From Flaccisagitta enflata (Eukaryota), in the NCBI GenBank assembly GCA_965153355.1, contig OZ231126.1, forward strand, positions 35,526,001 through 35,590,000: a stretch of 64,000 nt of DNA. The letters run 5' to 3'. Each line of letters starts with the position of its first letter. The first letter of the stretch is position 1. This document shows, piece after piece, positions 12,516 to 24,788 of the stretch. The translations under genes and the position numbers were made by a program. The notes under the pieces were generated by a model. The model was given only the letters and a program-made list of their open reading frames with translations, had not been told where the DNA came from and did no database searches.

Positions 12516-13342
12516 AAAGTGTGTGTCTGCGGCTATAAACCGGATTCTTTGACGGGCATTTTAGTCCATGTTGCCAAATCAGTCGACTCTTAACATGATG
12601 TTTGAGATGCTGTGAGCTGTTTTGATGGTTGCCACTTTAAAGTCCTAGCCTAACTGTGTGAGTTCCAACACTCAAAAACAATCGACATCGAAAAAACTGA
12701 CGCTATCACATTTCTGCGCCATCTTTATGTTGTCCAAGTCTGTTTGAAGTTGTGGAATTATGATGGTGTGACATTTAGATTATGCGTAGTTTTTATGTAT
12801 TAGAAAGACCAATGAATAGACCATTGAATGGACTAAGTAAAATTAAAAGCTGTTGTGGACACGTTATCCAAATCGCCCATGCTGTTTAAGGTTGTCCTTG
12901 GGCAGGACATGAGTGTTTCTAGTTGAAAATTGACAGTGCTCCGCTTTGTTGGAGAGACAGATATGGCGGCAAATTTGAAAGTAAGAAATCCGTATTGAGA
13001 TGGAAGGATATGTTGTTCCATTCTACTCCAGTTGGTAGAATCAGGTCTATTCAATGCTGTATGCCAAACAGACTGACAGCCAAATTATGTGGCTCCTTTC
13101 TTCATACCTATTGCGACATTTGTTTTCATCAATGTCATTCAATTTTACTGTTCGAAGTTGCGTGCAAAGAACTTTGACCCATAATATTGATAGGATGGTT
13201 AGTCAGTCCTACTCAATATTTTCGGCTTCGATGGATGTCCTTTGCATTACTGCTCCTGCCCAAATGCTTCGTTAGCCTATTTCATCACCGCCCCTGCTTA
13301 CCGACCCACACATCAGTAGCCATGTATCCTGCCTAGCAATAA

Positions 13343-13562
13343 GAGCCGCTCGATACATTCTTAGCAGGCAAGAAGGCGGGCCTTAAGACTGAGACAAATG
13401 GAACTTTCTTTGGAAGAAAAAGAGATGGATGAAAAAAGGTAGGAAGGCTGGATCTATTGAGTCATTTACTAATGTGACACAACGTCACAGCGCTGTGACG
13501 TTTTCCAGAAAAACGTCACAAGCCTCCCATTGGATTGTACGGGGAATTTTTCGCGGAAAGTA
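13343..13562 (+). mobile_element. Palindrome-rich element terminus, shared in reverse complement with 44239-44475
   Basis: Perfect 22-bp palindrome AACGTCACAGCGCTGTGACGTT (13481-13502) overlapping an 11-bp inverted repeat TGTGACGTTTT-N5-AAAACGTCACA. Similarity to the 44 kb copy stops abruptly at GCGGAA(A/T)G|TA. Confidence 0.7.
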
Positions 13563-13918
13563 ACATGGTTTTCATTTTCTTATTAGAAAGTTGAGGATCT
13601 CCACCGACCGATTGAGGCCTTCAATGAAATTGATAGGGTAAGTAAATTTGATAATTCTCTTTCATTAGGCGCCAAACAGGATGCTCTACAACAAATATTT
13701 TTGGCGTTATGAATTTTTAAAGATTTATTTACGAAAAATTCAAATTGAATTTTTTTCGATTTATTATGATTTTAAGTAGGATCAATAAAAGAGTGTATTT
13801 ATATTTTTTTGAGCATGCAAATACAAGAAAACATGTTTATGAGCATAGCTGCTCATCTGTGAGGGTGTTTTTGAGCATTCTAGCTCATTTAGCTCATTTA
13901 GCTCATTTTGCTTAATTC

Positions 13919-14040
13919 TTTTTAGTCGCGTGCACGCGACTCTACAACCCGATCCGTCGGTCTGTCGGTCGGTCCGTCCGTAACACTTTGCTTTTTTTCG
14001 TCTTTTTGGGTGGTCTGGAGTTATTTTGAGTCATTTTTTT
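13919..14040 (+). mobile_element. HINE/DINE-1-like repeat, 5' part
   Basis: TTTTTAGTCGCGTGCACGCGACTCTAC 5' hairpin followed by a (GTCG/GTCC)n microsatellite, as in the 44016 and 46360 copies. Confidence 0.65.
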
Positions 14041-14069
14041 GTTGTTTTTGGGAATTATTGGTTGCTTTT

Positions 14070-15297
14070 AGTCATTTTTGGTCATTTTGGTCATTTTGGT
14101 CATTTTGGTCTTTTTTGGTCATTTTTGATTATTTTTGATTATTTTTGATTATTTTTGGTCATTTTTGGTCAATTTTGGTCATTTTTGGTCATTCTAGGTC
14201 ATTTTTGGTCATTTTTGGTCATTTTGGTCATTTTGGTCATTTTGGTCATTTTGGTCATTTTTGGCCATTTTTGATCATTTTTGGTCATTTTTGGTCAATT
14301 TTGGTCATTTTGGTCATTTTGGTCATTTTTGGTCATTTTTGGTCATTTTTGGTCATTTTTGGTCATTTTTGGTCATTTTTGGTCATTTTTGGTCATTTTG
14401 GTCATTTTTGGTCATTTTTGATCATTTTTGGTCATTTTTGGTCCTTTTTGGTCATTTTTGGTCATTTTTGGTCATTTTGGTCATTTTGGTCATTTTTGGT
14501 CATTTTTGGTCATTTTTGGTCATTTTTGGTCATTTTTGGTCATTTTTGGTCATATTTGTTTAAAGTCTGCTGGTTAAAGTCTGCTGGTTAAAGTCTGCTG
14601 GTTTAAGTCTGCTGGTTAAAGTCTGCTGGTTAAAGTCTGCTGGGTAAAGTCTGATGGTTAAAGTCTGCTGGTTTATATCTGCTGGTTTAAATCTGCTGGT
14701 TTAAGTCTGCTGGTTTAAATCTAATGGTTTAAGTCTGCTGGTCTAATGGCTTAAGTCTGCTGGTTTAAGTCTGCTGGTTAAAATGATATTAAAGATAAGT
14801 ATGGTTTAAGTCTGGTTTAAGTCTGGTTTAAGTACGGTTTAAGTCTGGTTTAAGTCTGGTTTAAGTCTGGTTTAAGACTGGTTCATGTCTGATTTATGTC
14901 TGGTTTAGGTCTGGGTTAGGTCTGGTTTAGGTCTGGTGTATGTCTGGTTTTTGTTTGGTTTATGTTTGATTTAGGTCTGATTTAGGTCTGGTTTCGGTCC
15001 GGTTTTGGTCTGGTTTAGGTTTGGTTTCGTTCTGGTTTGAGTCTGGTTTGAGTCTGGTTTGAGTCTGGTTTGAGTCTGGTTTGATTCTGGTTTGAGCCTG
15101 GTTTGAGCCTGGTCTGAGCCTGGTTTGAGCCTGGTTTGAGCCTGGTTTAAGTCTGGTTTAAGTCTGGTTTGAGTCTGGTTTGAGTCTGGTTTGAGTCTGG
15201 TTTGAGTCTGGTTTGAGTCTGGTTTGAGTCTGGTTTGAGTCTGGTTTGAGTCTGGATTGAGTCTGGATTGAGTCTGGTTTGAGTCTGGTTTGAGTCT
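14070..15297. repeat. Composite satellite: (TTTTGGTCA)n 9-10 bp, then (AAGTCTGCTGGTTT)n 14 bp, then (GAGTCTGGTTT)n 11 bp
   Basis: Directly visible; blocks at about 14070-14552, 14560-14780 and 14800-15297. Confidence 0.92.
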
Positions 15298-16794
15298 GGA
15301 GGACATAAACATCCTCGTCATCCTCATTGACGAGAGTCTCCTCCACTTCGTCGTCGTAGTCTTCATCTTTGCGTCGTCCTTGCCGCTCAATCTCACGCTC
15401 CAAATGTTCTTCGACTGTCTTTTGAACAACCTTCCAACGAAAAGAGAAATTGATTCAAAAAGCCATCAATTGACTCAATCAGCTGTTTATAGACTTCTAC
15501 GGTTCGCTCACATTCTCTTCATTTCATTATTATGACAGTTGAAACAACATTGCCCTTACAAAAGGAGGCCAGAATTCTCCAATTTACAAAGGATGAAAGC
15601 CTTGCAAGCTTTCAATGGTGTTTAATCCAGATTGCTCACAACAATCCTTTATTAAAGACAAACAAAATAATGTAATTCGTTTAACAATCATTTCATTCAT
15701 CCTTCAATCGTTCCATTCATCCATCAATTTTCCCAATCATTCACTCATTCCTAAATCTTTTCATTCATTCATTCTTCAGCTTTCTTTCTGCCGAAATATT
15801 TAGGTTCTTTGATTTTTCGCTTCATTTTGAAAGCATGGACATTTTGACAATACTTTTTGCCATCTGTCATAATAATCTCATTCTTCATTTCATGTTGTCA
15901 AACTTGTTTTGCCTCAATTCGTACATTCGAGCATCTAGTTGTTACCTCAACCTATCATTTCCATTGGAGTAACCCAATCATTCATTCACTTCTTCATCAT
16001 TTTAGTCAGCTGAAGTAAACGATAGGTACCAACCCTTTTAATCCCAATACACTCAAATAATTTCCGGAACATATCCCTCAGCGACAAACGAATACCTTAA
16101 TGACTTCGTTCATCTGTTCCTCGGTGAGGCATCCAACGCCAAGAACTTCGATGCACTTTCCGAGCGAGTGAAGCTCTTCTCCGAGAACATCGTTGTTGTG
16201 CTCCGTCTCGATGGCTTTCAACAACTCGACCACCATGTAAGACCAAAGCTCTTTGAGAAAAGCCTCACCCTAAAAAGACGAGAAAAGGCGAATGATCAAT
16301 GCGAGACACAGTGGATACAGTGGACACGGTGGATATGCGACATTGTCAAAATCGCTACTTGCAAAACCCAGCCTCACCAAGCTCAGTCGTGCAGCTACAG
16401 ACAGACTGCTCTAGTACTTAGCCATTAAAGACGACTCGAAAACGATTTGTCGAGGTAGGTCTCGTGAGCAAGGGTTGGGACGGGGTGGAGGACATAGTAT
16501 GGGATACAACGGAAAAGAGGCAAGCTTGGCGTAACATTTCAAAGCTTTATATTGAAGCGCCAAGCAATCAACACTCACTTTGGCTTTTCCCGACTCGACG
16601 AGAAACGGCAGACTTTCCGCGGCGGCAATTCGAACATTATCGTGAAGATAAAACTTAAGCAACGGTACTAAGAGTTTGACGGTTTCTTCCACGTAATCGG
16701 CGAAGCCCTCTTTCAGCTCTTTAGCGTAGCAAACGAGCATTTGGCAAGCAGTCGATTTGTCGTCCAAACCCGCAGTCTTGATACCGAAGCTCTG

Positions 16795-16829
<35 letters not shown>

Positions 16830-18725
16830 GAATGTGAAATAGTCGAGCGCTGATCTAATATCAGATAGTTTCTACTGACAATTTACTCGAAGACAGGAAC
16901 CAATACCAAATTTTGAGTCATAACTGATTGTACAAACAGATATCCCAGAATGATCTTTAAATAACCACCAAGCGAGTCGAAGGCATACTATGCGACATGT
17001 TAAAGGGAAAAGTTTTAATTCATTTGAGAAGGATGGGTGGAGGAGGCCGCCGGTGACAATACGGTTGGACATAATCAGCTCAATCATCATGATCATCTAC
17101 ATCGTACACCACTTGGCTGAGTAACAACCTTCTTTATAACAACGTCCAGGCTCAAAATGTCAAAAAAATAAGAACATTTCTAGCAACATTGTCAGCCTCA
17201 GAAAATTAAGAATATAACAACATTTCAGCCTCAAGTCCAACTAATAACAACTTTTCTCTTAGATTTTCCTGTTCCCGTTTCATTTTTATGACATTGAAAG
17301 CTGTGTTTCATAGAAGGTGGCTTTTTCTACTGTATTTCAGATATAACAATATTTTGTCCCTGATTTTTTGAATAGTTTGTTCTCCTTTATTTCCATTTCC
17401 TTCCCTGAGTCCCTGTCATTGACAGCGAAAAGGAATGATGGTACAGATATCCTTATCAATCGTTATATTAGAAGATTGATGTGAAAAAAATAACAACAGT
17501 TTAGCAACGGTTTGAGCCTCATATCGTCTTTTAAATAACAACATTGAGCCTCAGAAAAAAATAACCCGTTGTTACTCAGCCAAGTGCGTGTAATCTAAAT
17601 CCTAAATTTTCATTCTAGACCACTACCATCATGATAATTCAAACCATTCTCAATATCATCATCATCATCATCATCATCATCATTATCAACAACATCATCA
17701 ACATCATCAACGTGATCATCCACATCTATATTACCCTCATCGACATCACCGATATCATCATTACCCACATCGTCACCGCCATCATCAGCATCATCCACGT
17801 CACTATCGTTATCTGCATCGACATCCTCATCCACATCGTCATTGTATTATCACCGTCATCTGCATGATCCACATCAATTCATCATTATCATCTACATCAT
17901 CCACATGATCATTAGTTCATTACCATCATCTACATCATTCTTTCATCATCATCACCATTTACTGCATCATCGTCATGATCATGATCATCATGATCATCTT
18001 CATCATTTTTGACCAGGTCATCATCACCTTTCATCATTAAATACATCACCGTCGTCAATGACATCCTCGTCTCTAACTACATCATCAACATCACCTTTAT
18101 CATTATCTCCATTGTAACTGGGCACCACCAATAACATCATCATAGCATAATCTAAGGAAAATCTACAGCACAGTGCAGTATCATCTCTTCAATGGTCATC
18201 AGTATTTTAATAATCATCTCTTTCATCATCATCATCTCCATCATCTCCATCATCTCTTTCATCATCATCTCTTTCATCATCTCCATCATCTCTTTCATCA
18301 TCATCTCCATCATCTCTTTCATCTCCATCTCTTTCATCATCTCCATCATCTCTTTCATCATCTCTTTCATCATCTCCGACTCCATCTCTTTCATCATCAT
18401 AATCTCCATCATCACTTTCATCATCACTTTCATCATCATCATCTCTTTCATCATCATCATCATCTCTTTCATTATCATCATCATCATCTCTTTCATTATC
18501 ATCATCATCATCTCTTTCATCATCATCATCATCATCTCTTTCATCATCATCATCATCATCTCTTTCATCATCATCCTCATCATCTCTTTCATCATCATCC
18601 TCATCATCTCTTTCATCATCATCCTCATCATCTCTTTCATCATCTCTTTCATCATCTCTTTCATCATCTCTTTCATCATCTCCGACTCCATCATCTCTTT
18701 CATCATCTCCGACTCCATCATCTCT

Positions 18726-18785
<60 letters not shown>

Positions 18786-19390
18786 TCTGTCAGCTTCGGC
18801 CTCGATGCCAGCAGCGTTTAGGTCTCTCACGTGAAAACATTAAGACGACTCATCATCTCTTTCATCATCTCTTTCATCATCATCATCTCTTTCATCATCT
18901 CTTTCATCATCATCATCTCTTTCATCATCTCTTTCATCATCATCATCTCTTTCATCATCTCTTTCATCATCTCCATCATCTCTTTCATCATCATCTCCAT
19001 CATCTCTTTCATCTCCATCTCTTTCATCATCTCCATCATCTCTTTCATCATCTCTTTCATCATCTCCGACTCCATCTCTTTCATCATCATAATCTCCATC
19101 ATCACTTTCATCATCACTTTCATCATCATCATCTCTTTCATCATCATCATCATCTCTTTCATTATCATCATCATCATCTCTTTCATTATCATCATCATCA
19201 TCTCTTTCATCATCATCATCATCATCTCTTTCATCATCATCCTCATCATCTCTTTCATCATCATCCTCATCATCTCTTTCATCATCATCCTCATCATCTC
19301 TTTCATCATCTCTTTCATCATCTCTTTCATCATCTCTTTCATCATCTCCGACTCCATCATCTCTTTCATCATCTCCGACTCCATCATCTC

Positions 19391-19434
<44 letters not shown>

Positions 19435-19560
19435 TCTTTCATCATCATCATCTCTTTCATCATCTCTTTCATCATCATCATCTCTTTCATCATCTCTTTC
19501 ATCATCATCATCTCTTTCATCATCTCTTTCATCATCATCATCATCTCTTTCATCATCTCT

Positions 19561-19596
<36 letters not shown>

Positions 19597-19626
19597 TCTT
19601 TCATCATCATCATCATCATCATCTCT

Positions 19627-19662
<36 letters not shown>

Positions 19663-19692
19663 TCTTTCATCATCATCATCATCATCATCTCT

Positions 19693-19728
<36 letters not shown>

Positions 19729-19758
19729 TCTTTCATCATCATCATCATCATCATCTCT

Positions 19759-19794
<36 letters not shown>

Positions 19795-19824
19795 TCTTTC
19801 ATCATCATCATCATCATCATCTCT

Positions 19825-19860
<36 letters not shown>

Positions 19861-19890
19861 TCTTTCATCATCATCATCATCATCATCTCT

Positions 19891-19926
<36 letters not shown>

Positions 19927-20058
19927 TCTTTCATCATCATCATCATCATCATCTCTTTCATCATCATCATCATCATCATCATCATCTCTTTCATCATCAT
20001 CATCATCATCATCTCTTTCATCATCATCATCGTCTCTTTCATCATCATCATCATCTCT

Positions 20059-20118
<60 letters not shown>

Positions 20119-20143
20119 TCATTTCATCATCATCATCATCTCT

Positions 20144-20177
<34 letters not shown>

Positions 20178-21313
20178 ATTTTACAATCACTATCATACAA
20201 ATTAGCATCACCGGTGTTATCTAGAGCATTATCATTCAAATCCTGGTCTTCATCATCCTCATCATCATCGTAGTCTTTATAATAATCATCATCATCCTCT
20301 TCATCATCATCATCTTTTCTTTCCTCTCTGTAAATACCCCGCGAGCTACCTGTTGATCACCCAACGTGACGAATTCCCAGCCATCGACTTCGTTCATGTC
20401 GGTTTTGTTGTCTTCCGCGTCGAATATTGCCACTTCCGGTTTCATGGCGGCCGTTTTGAGAAGCGGTGGCATCACCAGAGGCAAGTATTGAGTGAAATCT
20501 TTGCCCAGAATCTTGCACATCCGCGCCCAGGCGCTGATCATGTACGAAACTTGAGGGTCGTCGTCCTCCAGTTCCGCCTCCTCCGTCTGCGTTTGCAGCA
20601 ACATCTGCATCACTTCCTGTTGATATCAAAGCCGCGAAATGATTTGAGTTTGACCCTTTAAGGCAATAGAAAAATCGGCAGGGGTCAGCATTCAGCAGTT
20701 CATGACGATGATGACGGGGGTAACCTTGTATCTACTATCTAGCTTTGTCCAGTGAACGACATGATCACTACTTATGGACAAACGGTAAGGGCGAAGAGGG
20801 AGGAAGAGAGGAGGGGGAGAGGGAGATGGAGAGGGGAGATGGGGAGGGGAAGGGGGGAGGGGGAGGACGAGAAGGGAGGAAAGAAGAGAATCGAGTGGAT
20901 TTTAACCAGCACCGACCTGACAATCTGCCATAAACTTTTCTCGTCCAACGGCGAGCCCGATGAGGGAAATGCATTCGATGGTTTTGCCTCTAAGGAGACG
21001 GAAATCGGGCGTGTTGGCGTTTTGCATGATGTATTTCAGACAAGGCATGAACCGGTCGTAGTAAGCCAAGAATTGATCCTCGGCCGTGTCAGCCACCGCG
21101 GCGATCGTCGTTACGACCTGCTCCAACACCAATTTGCTGCCTTTTTCGACAAGTTCTTGGAATTTAGCCGACAACACCTGATGAGAAAAGACGTGCAGTA
21201 AGCCATTATGCAGAAGAGTAGGGGGGGGGGGGTATGAAGAGTTGAAAGAGACAAGCAAGAACAGACACACAAACTTAACAGGCTGTCAAACTCACTGTCA
21301 TACCGTGTCAAAG

Positions 21314-21386
<73 letters not shown>

Positions 21387-24300
21387 CAGAGGCAATGAAA
21401 ATACAATGAGAGGAGCAGCCAAAATCTCTAGCAACCCCCCCTGCAGCTTAAATAATTTATATTTCATCAACTTCTAAAATAGCAATTGATAAATTGTCCC
21501 AAGTGAATTCCCGCCATCAAGGCGATTTCTTTATTGCAACGGTTTTCAGGAAACAATAGCCTTTCGAGGTCCCAGTATCAATCATTTATAAATATTGAAT
21601 TTTATCTATTACATATTATCTTAAGCATTAAAAGGAAATTCAAAAATCCCCTTGATGGCGGGAATTGAATTGAGGTATACTAATATTTACTACTTCAATC
21701 ACCTCTATTACATCCCTAGTAAAAGCTGCAGGGGGGGTTGCTAGAGATTTTGTGGCTCCTCGCATTGTATTTTCATTGCAACTGTATATATATATTGAAT
21801 TCTGTCAATCAAGAACCTGTTCCAGTTTAGCGATGATGGCCTCCAGATATCCGGCCAAAATAGTCTTGGGGCATTCTTCTGCGAAGTTGACGAGAGCGGC
21901 GCCGGCGTGAGCTTGGACGCGAGGATGCGCAGCGTCGTCGAGGATGATCAACAGCCCCGGAATGATGCGGTCGTGGAACTTCTTTTCGATTTGCGGAGCG
22001 AAGTCAGTCGATAACTGACCAATAGCGTTGCATGCCGCGTAGCGTACACGAGGATGCTGATCCTGGAGCATGGGAAGGACAGCGTCGACAATCTGATTCA
22101 AGACGTTGAGCATCTGTTTGTGGCAACCTTCGCCGATTGCCGACATCGCCATCAACGCCGCGTGTCGGTATCGCCAGTCCGGATTGGACAGCATCAACGG
22201 GATGTTGGCCGTGATGTGCGGGAGAATCGTTTTGCCACCAAGCCCTGATAAGTGAACCAAGCATTTTGCCGTTTAAAAAACACCAACGCTAAACGACATG
22301 TAAGACAGGCCTCAATCAACCTTACAAAGCAAATCGATCGATCAGACAGCAAATAAATCAATGCATCAGAGCAAATCAATCAATTGGATAGAGCAAATCA
22401 ATCGACCAGAGAGCAAATCAATCAGCCAGAGAGCAAATCAATCTTTCAGAGAGCAAATCAATCAACCAAACACAACAGGAAAATCAATCAACCAGACAGA
22501 ACATCTTACAACCAGGGAGCAGATCCATCAGACAAGCAAATCAATACATGACAAGAGAGAAAATCAATGAGCTAGACAAAGCAAATCAATCGACAAGAAA
22601 GCAAATCAATGACCAGACAAAACATCAAATATTCATCCAGACAAAGCATCTTAATCAGAAATTAAATCAATCAAGCAGACAAAGCAAATCAATCAGACAT
22701 AAATCAATCAGACAGCACATCAATAAATCAGACAGCGGGTCAATCAACCAGATAGCAGGTCAATCAACCAGATAGCAGGTCAATCAACCAGATAGCAGGT
22801 CAATCAACCAGATAGAAAATAAATCAACCAGGTAGGGCAAATTAATAAACCAGACATGACAAATCAATCAATCAGACATAGCAAAGCAATCAGCCAGATA
22901 AAGCACATCAATCAACCAGACAGCAGATCAATCAACCAGACATAGCAAATCAATCAACTAGACATAGCAAATCAATCAACCAGACATAGCAAATCAATCA
23001 ACCAGACATAGCAAACCAATCAACCAGACATAGCAAATCAATCAACTAGACATAGCAAATCAATCAATTAGACATAGCAAATCAATCAAACAGACGGCAA
23101 ATCAATCAACCAGACATGGCAAATCAATCAACCAGACATGGCAAATCAATCAACCAGACATGGCAAATCAATCAACCAGACATGGCAAATCAATCAACCA
23201 GACATGGCAAATCAATCAACCAGACATGGCAAATCAATCAACCAGACATGGCAAATCAATCAACCAGACATGGCAAGTCAATCAACCAGACATGGCAAGT
23301 CAATCAACCAGACATGGCAAGTCAATCAACCAGACATGGCAAGTCAATCAACCAGACATGGCAAATAAATCAACCAGACATGGCAAATCAATCAACCAGA
23401 CAGCAAATCAATCAATGCTGACCAAGGGCGATTCTATCGATAGCCGATTCCGCAACAACGGGGTTCGACTCGCTGTCCTCGTCTTCATCTTCATCTTGAA
23501 TGGCCCATTCATCGTCATCGTCCAAGTCGACCATAAGTTGCAACACTTGATGGATCACCGGTTTGAGCATCTGCGCCTGTTTGCGCACCATCGCCGGCGC
23601 CGTCTCACACAAACTAACGATGATCTCCAACGCCAAATGACGTAGCGAATTTTCCACATTCGCATCGTCCATCACCTTCAAGCACATCTGGACGAGTGGT
23701 TCCAACTGACTGCGAAGAACCTTGGGGCAATTCTCCGCCAATTCAATCAGGCATTTGAGGACTTCGTCCTCGCCATCTATTTCCGCCGTCAAGATGTCGT
23801 TGACGGCCTGCATGTAAGAGGGTACGAGCTCCTTGAACATGGCCGTCAAGTGATTCTCCGTGCCATTGGCTACGATGAAGGAGGTCGCGGCTTTGACGGC
23901 CTCCAATCGCACGCGGGGATTCGCGACGTCGGCGATCGCTCTATGCATAGAGAATAGAAACGGGAATTAAGGGATCGAAAGATTTGTGAGAAGAGGAAAA
24001 GTCAGGTCATAGAACTTTTAGATTGATCAGCCGAAGATCAGGGCAGCGGTCCCAGAGGGCCGATGTCCTGTAGGAAAAGGGTGAATTTCCAGACATCTTG
24101 AGAGGGCATATCTGAGAGCTCTGAACTAATTCAGGGGTTTGAGGACTAATTTGATTGCTAGAGGCATCTAGGGGTTTAATAAAGGGCTTTAAGAGAGCTT
24201 ATATAAGGTCAGGGATGAGGGTAGATTTAAGGGCAGACCAAACATAGGCCTGAGAATTAGGATTTTAGGCCTTGAAGGAAATTTGAGCCTTTACAAAGCA

Positions 24301-24788
24301 AATTTGGGGTCAGAGGGCTGATTCTGGATCAAAAACAACTAACTCAGTGTCTGAAAGGCTTTGGCAGCTGCCCGAAAAGAGGCAAAAAATATCAACCTGG
24401 ACAACATCTGCTTGATAACGTCGATGTACAATCCTTGTTGATTGCCAAATATCCCCGGGACAGCGCCGAAAACGTGGAACGCGGATTGACGGAGCGCCGG
24501 ATTTTCGGAACTGGCTAACTCGAACAAAAACTTGAGGACTTCAGGCCAGAGATTGTTGCCATTTTCATCGAACAAATTGCGTGCCAGTTCCGCGAGGGCG
24601 TCGCAAATCTTGCGTCTGACAGAGTCGACGGCGTCGTTCTGCACCGCCAACAACAACTCCTGCTTGACGACGCCGTGGACTTCGGCGCCGAGCCCGGGCC
24701 AAAAGTCCTCGAATGTGTTGGTGAAAAGACGACGCAACAAAACGGCCGCCATCGTTCGGTGTTCGGTCGAGGCAGAAGTGCGCAACGC
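15298..24788 (-). CDS. IPO5: Importin-5 / karyopherin beta-3 (HEAT-repeat nuclear import receptor); partial at both ends, 8 exons
   Basis: Exons (minus strand, AG/GT bounded, phases compatible): 24788-24397, 23940-23423, 22244-21817, 21177-20917, 20616-20350, 16791-16579, 16269-16096, and 15430 to about 15298. Diagnostic IPO5 peptides include [101 protein letters not shown] and [23 protein letters not shown]. Confidence 0.95.
17107..17590. mobile_element. TA-flanked MITE in IPO5 intron
   Basis: TA|CACCACTTGGCTGAGTAACAAC ... GTTGTTACTCAGCCAAGTGCGTG|TA terminal inverted repeats. Confidence 0.7.
17630..20320. repeat. (CAT)n / CATCTCTTT low-complexity microsatellite tract in IPO5 intron
   Basis: Directly visible; source of the poly-H/I/S/D/M ORFs. 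A block at about 18270-18720 is repeated at about 18960-19390. Confidence 0.95.
21387..21784. mobile_element. TA-flanked MITE (Tc1/mariner-like ends) in IPO5 intron
   Basis: About 65-bp TIRs CAGAGGCAATGAAAATACAATG...CCCCCCCTGCAGCTT / AAGCTGCAGGGGGGG...CATTGTATTTTCATTGCAACTG, plus an inner inverted pair AATTCCCGCCATCAAGG; TA on both sides. Confidence 0.8.
22320..23415. repeat. 22-bp tandem repeat CAAATCAATCAACCAGACATGG in IPO5 intron
   Basis: Homogeneous from about 22930 to 23400 and degenerate toward 22320. Confidence 0.9.

Noticed and set aside
14800-15297. G/T-rich 11-bp array as a telomere healing the broken IPO5
   Set aside because: Not a recognised telomeric unit, it lies internally, and it grades into other satellites.
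17610-20273. Long poly-His/Ile/Ser/Asp/Met ORFs (also 60621-61319)
   Set aside because: (CAT)n microsatellites inside introns of IPO5 and of the kringle gene.
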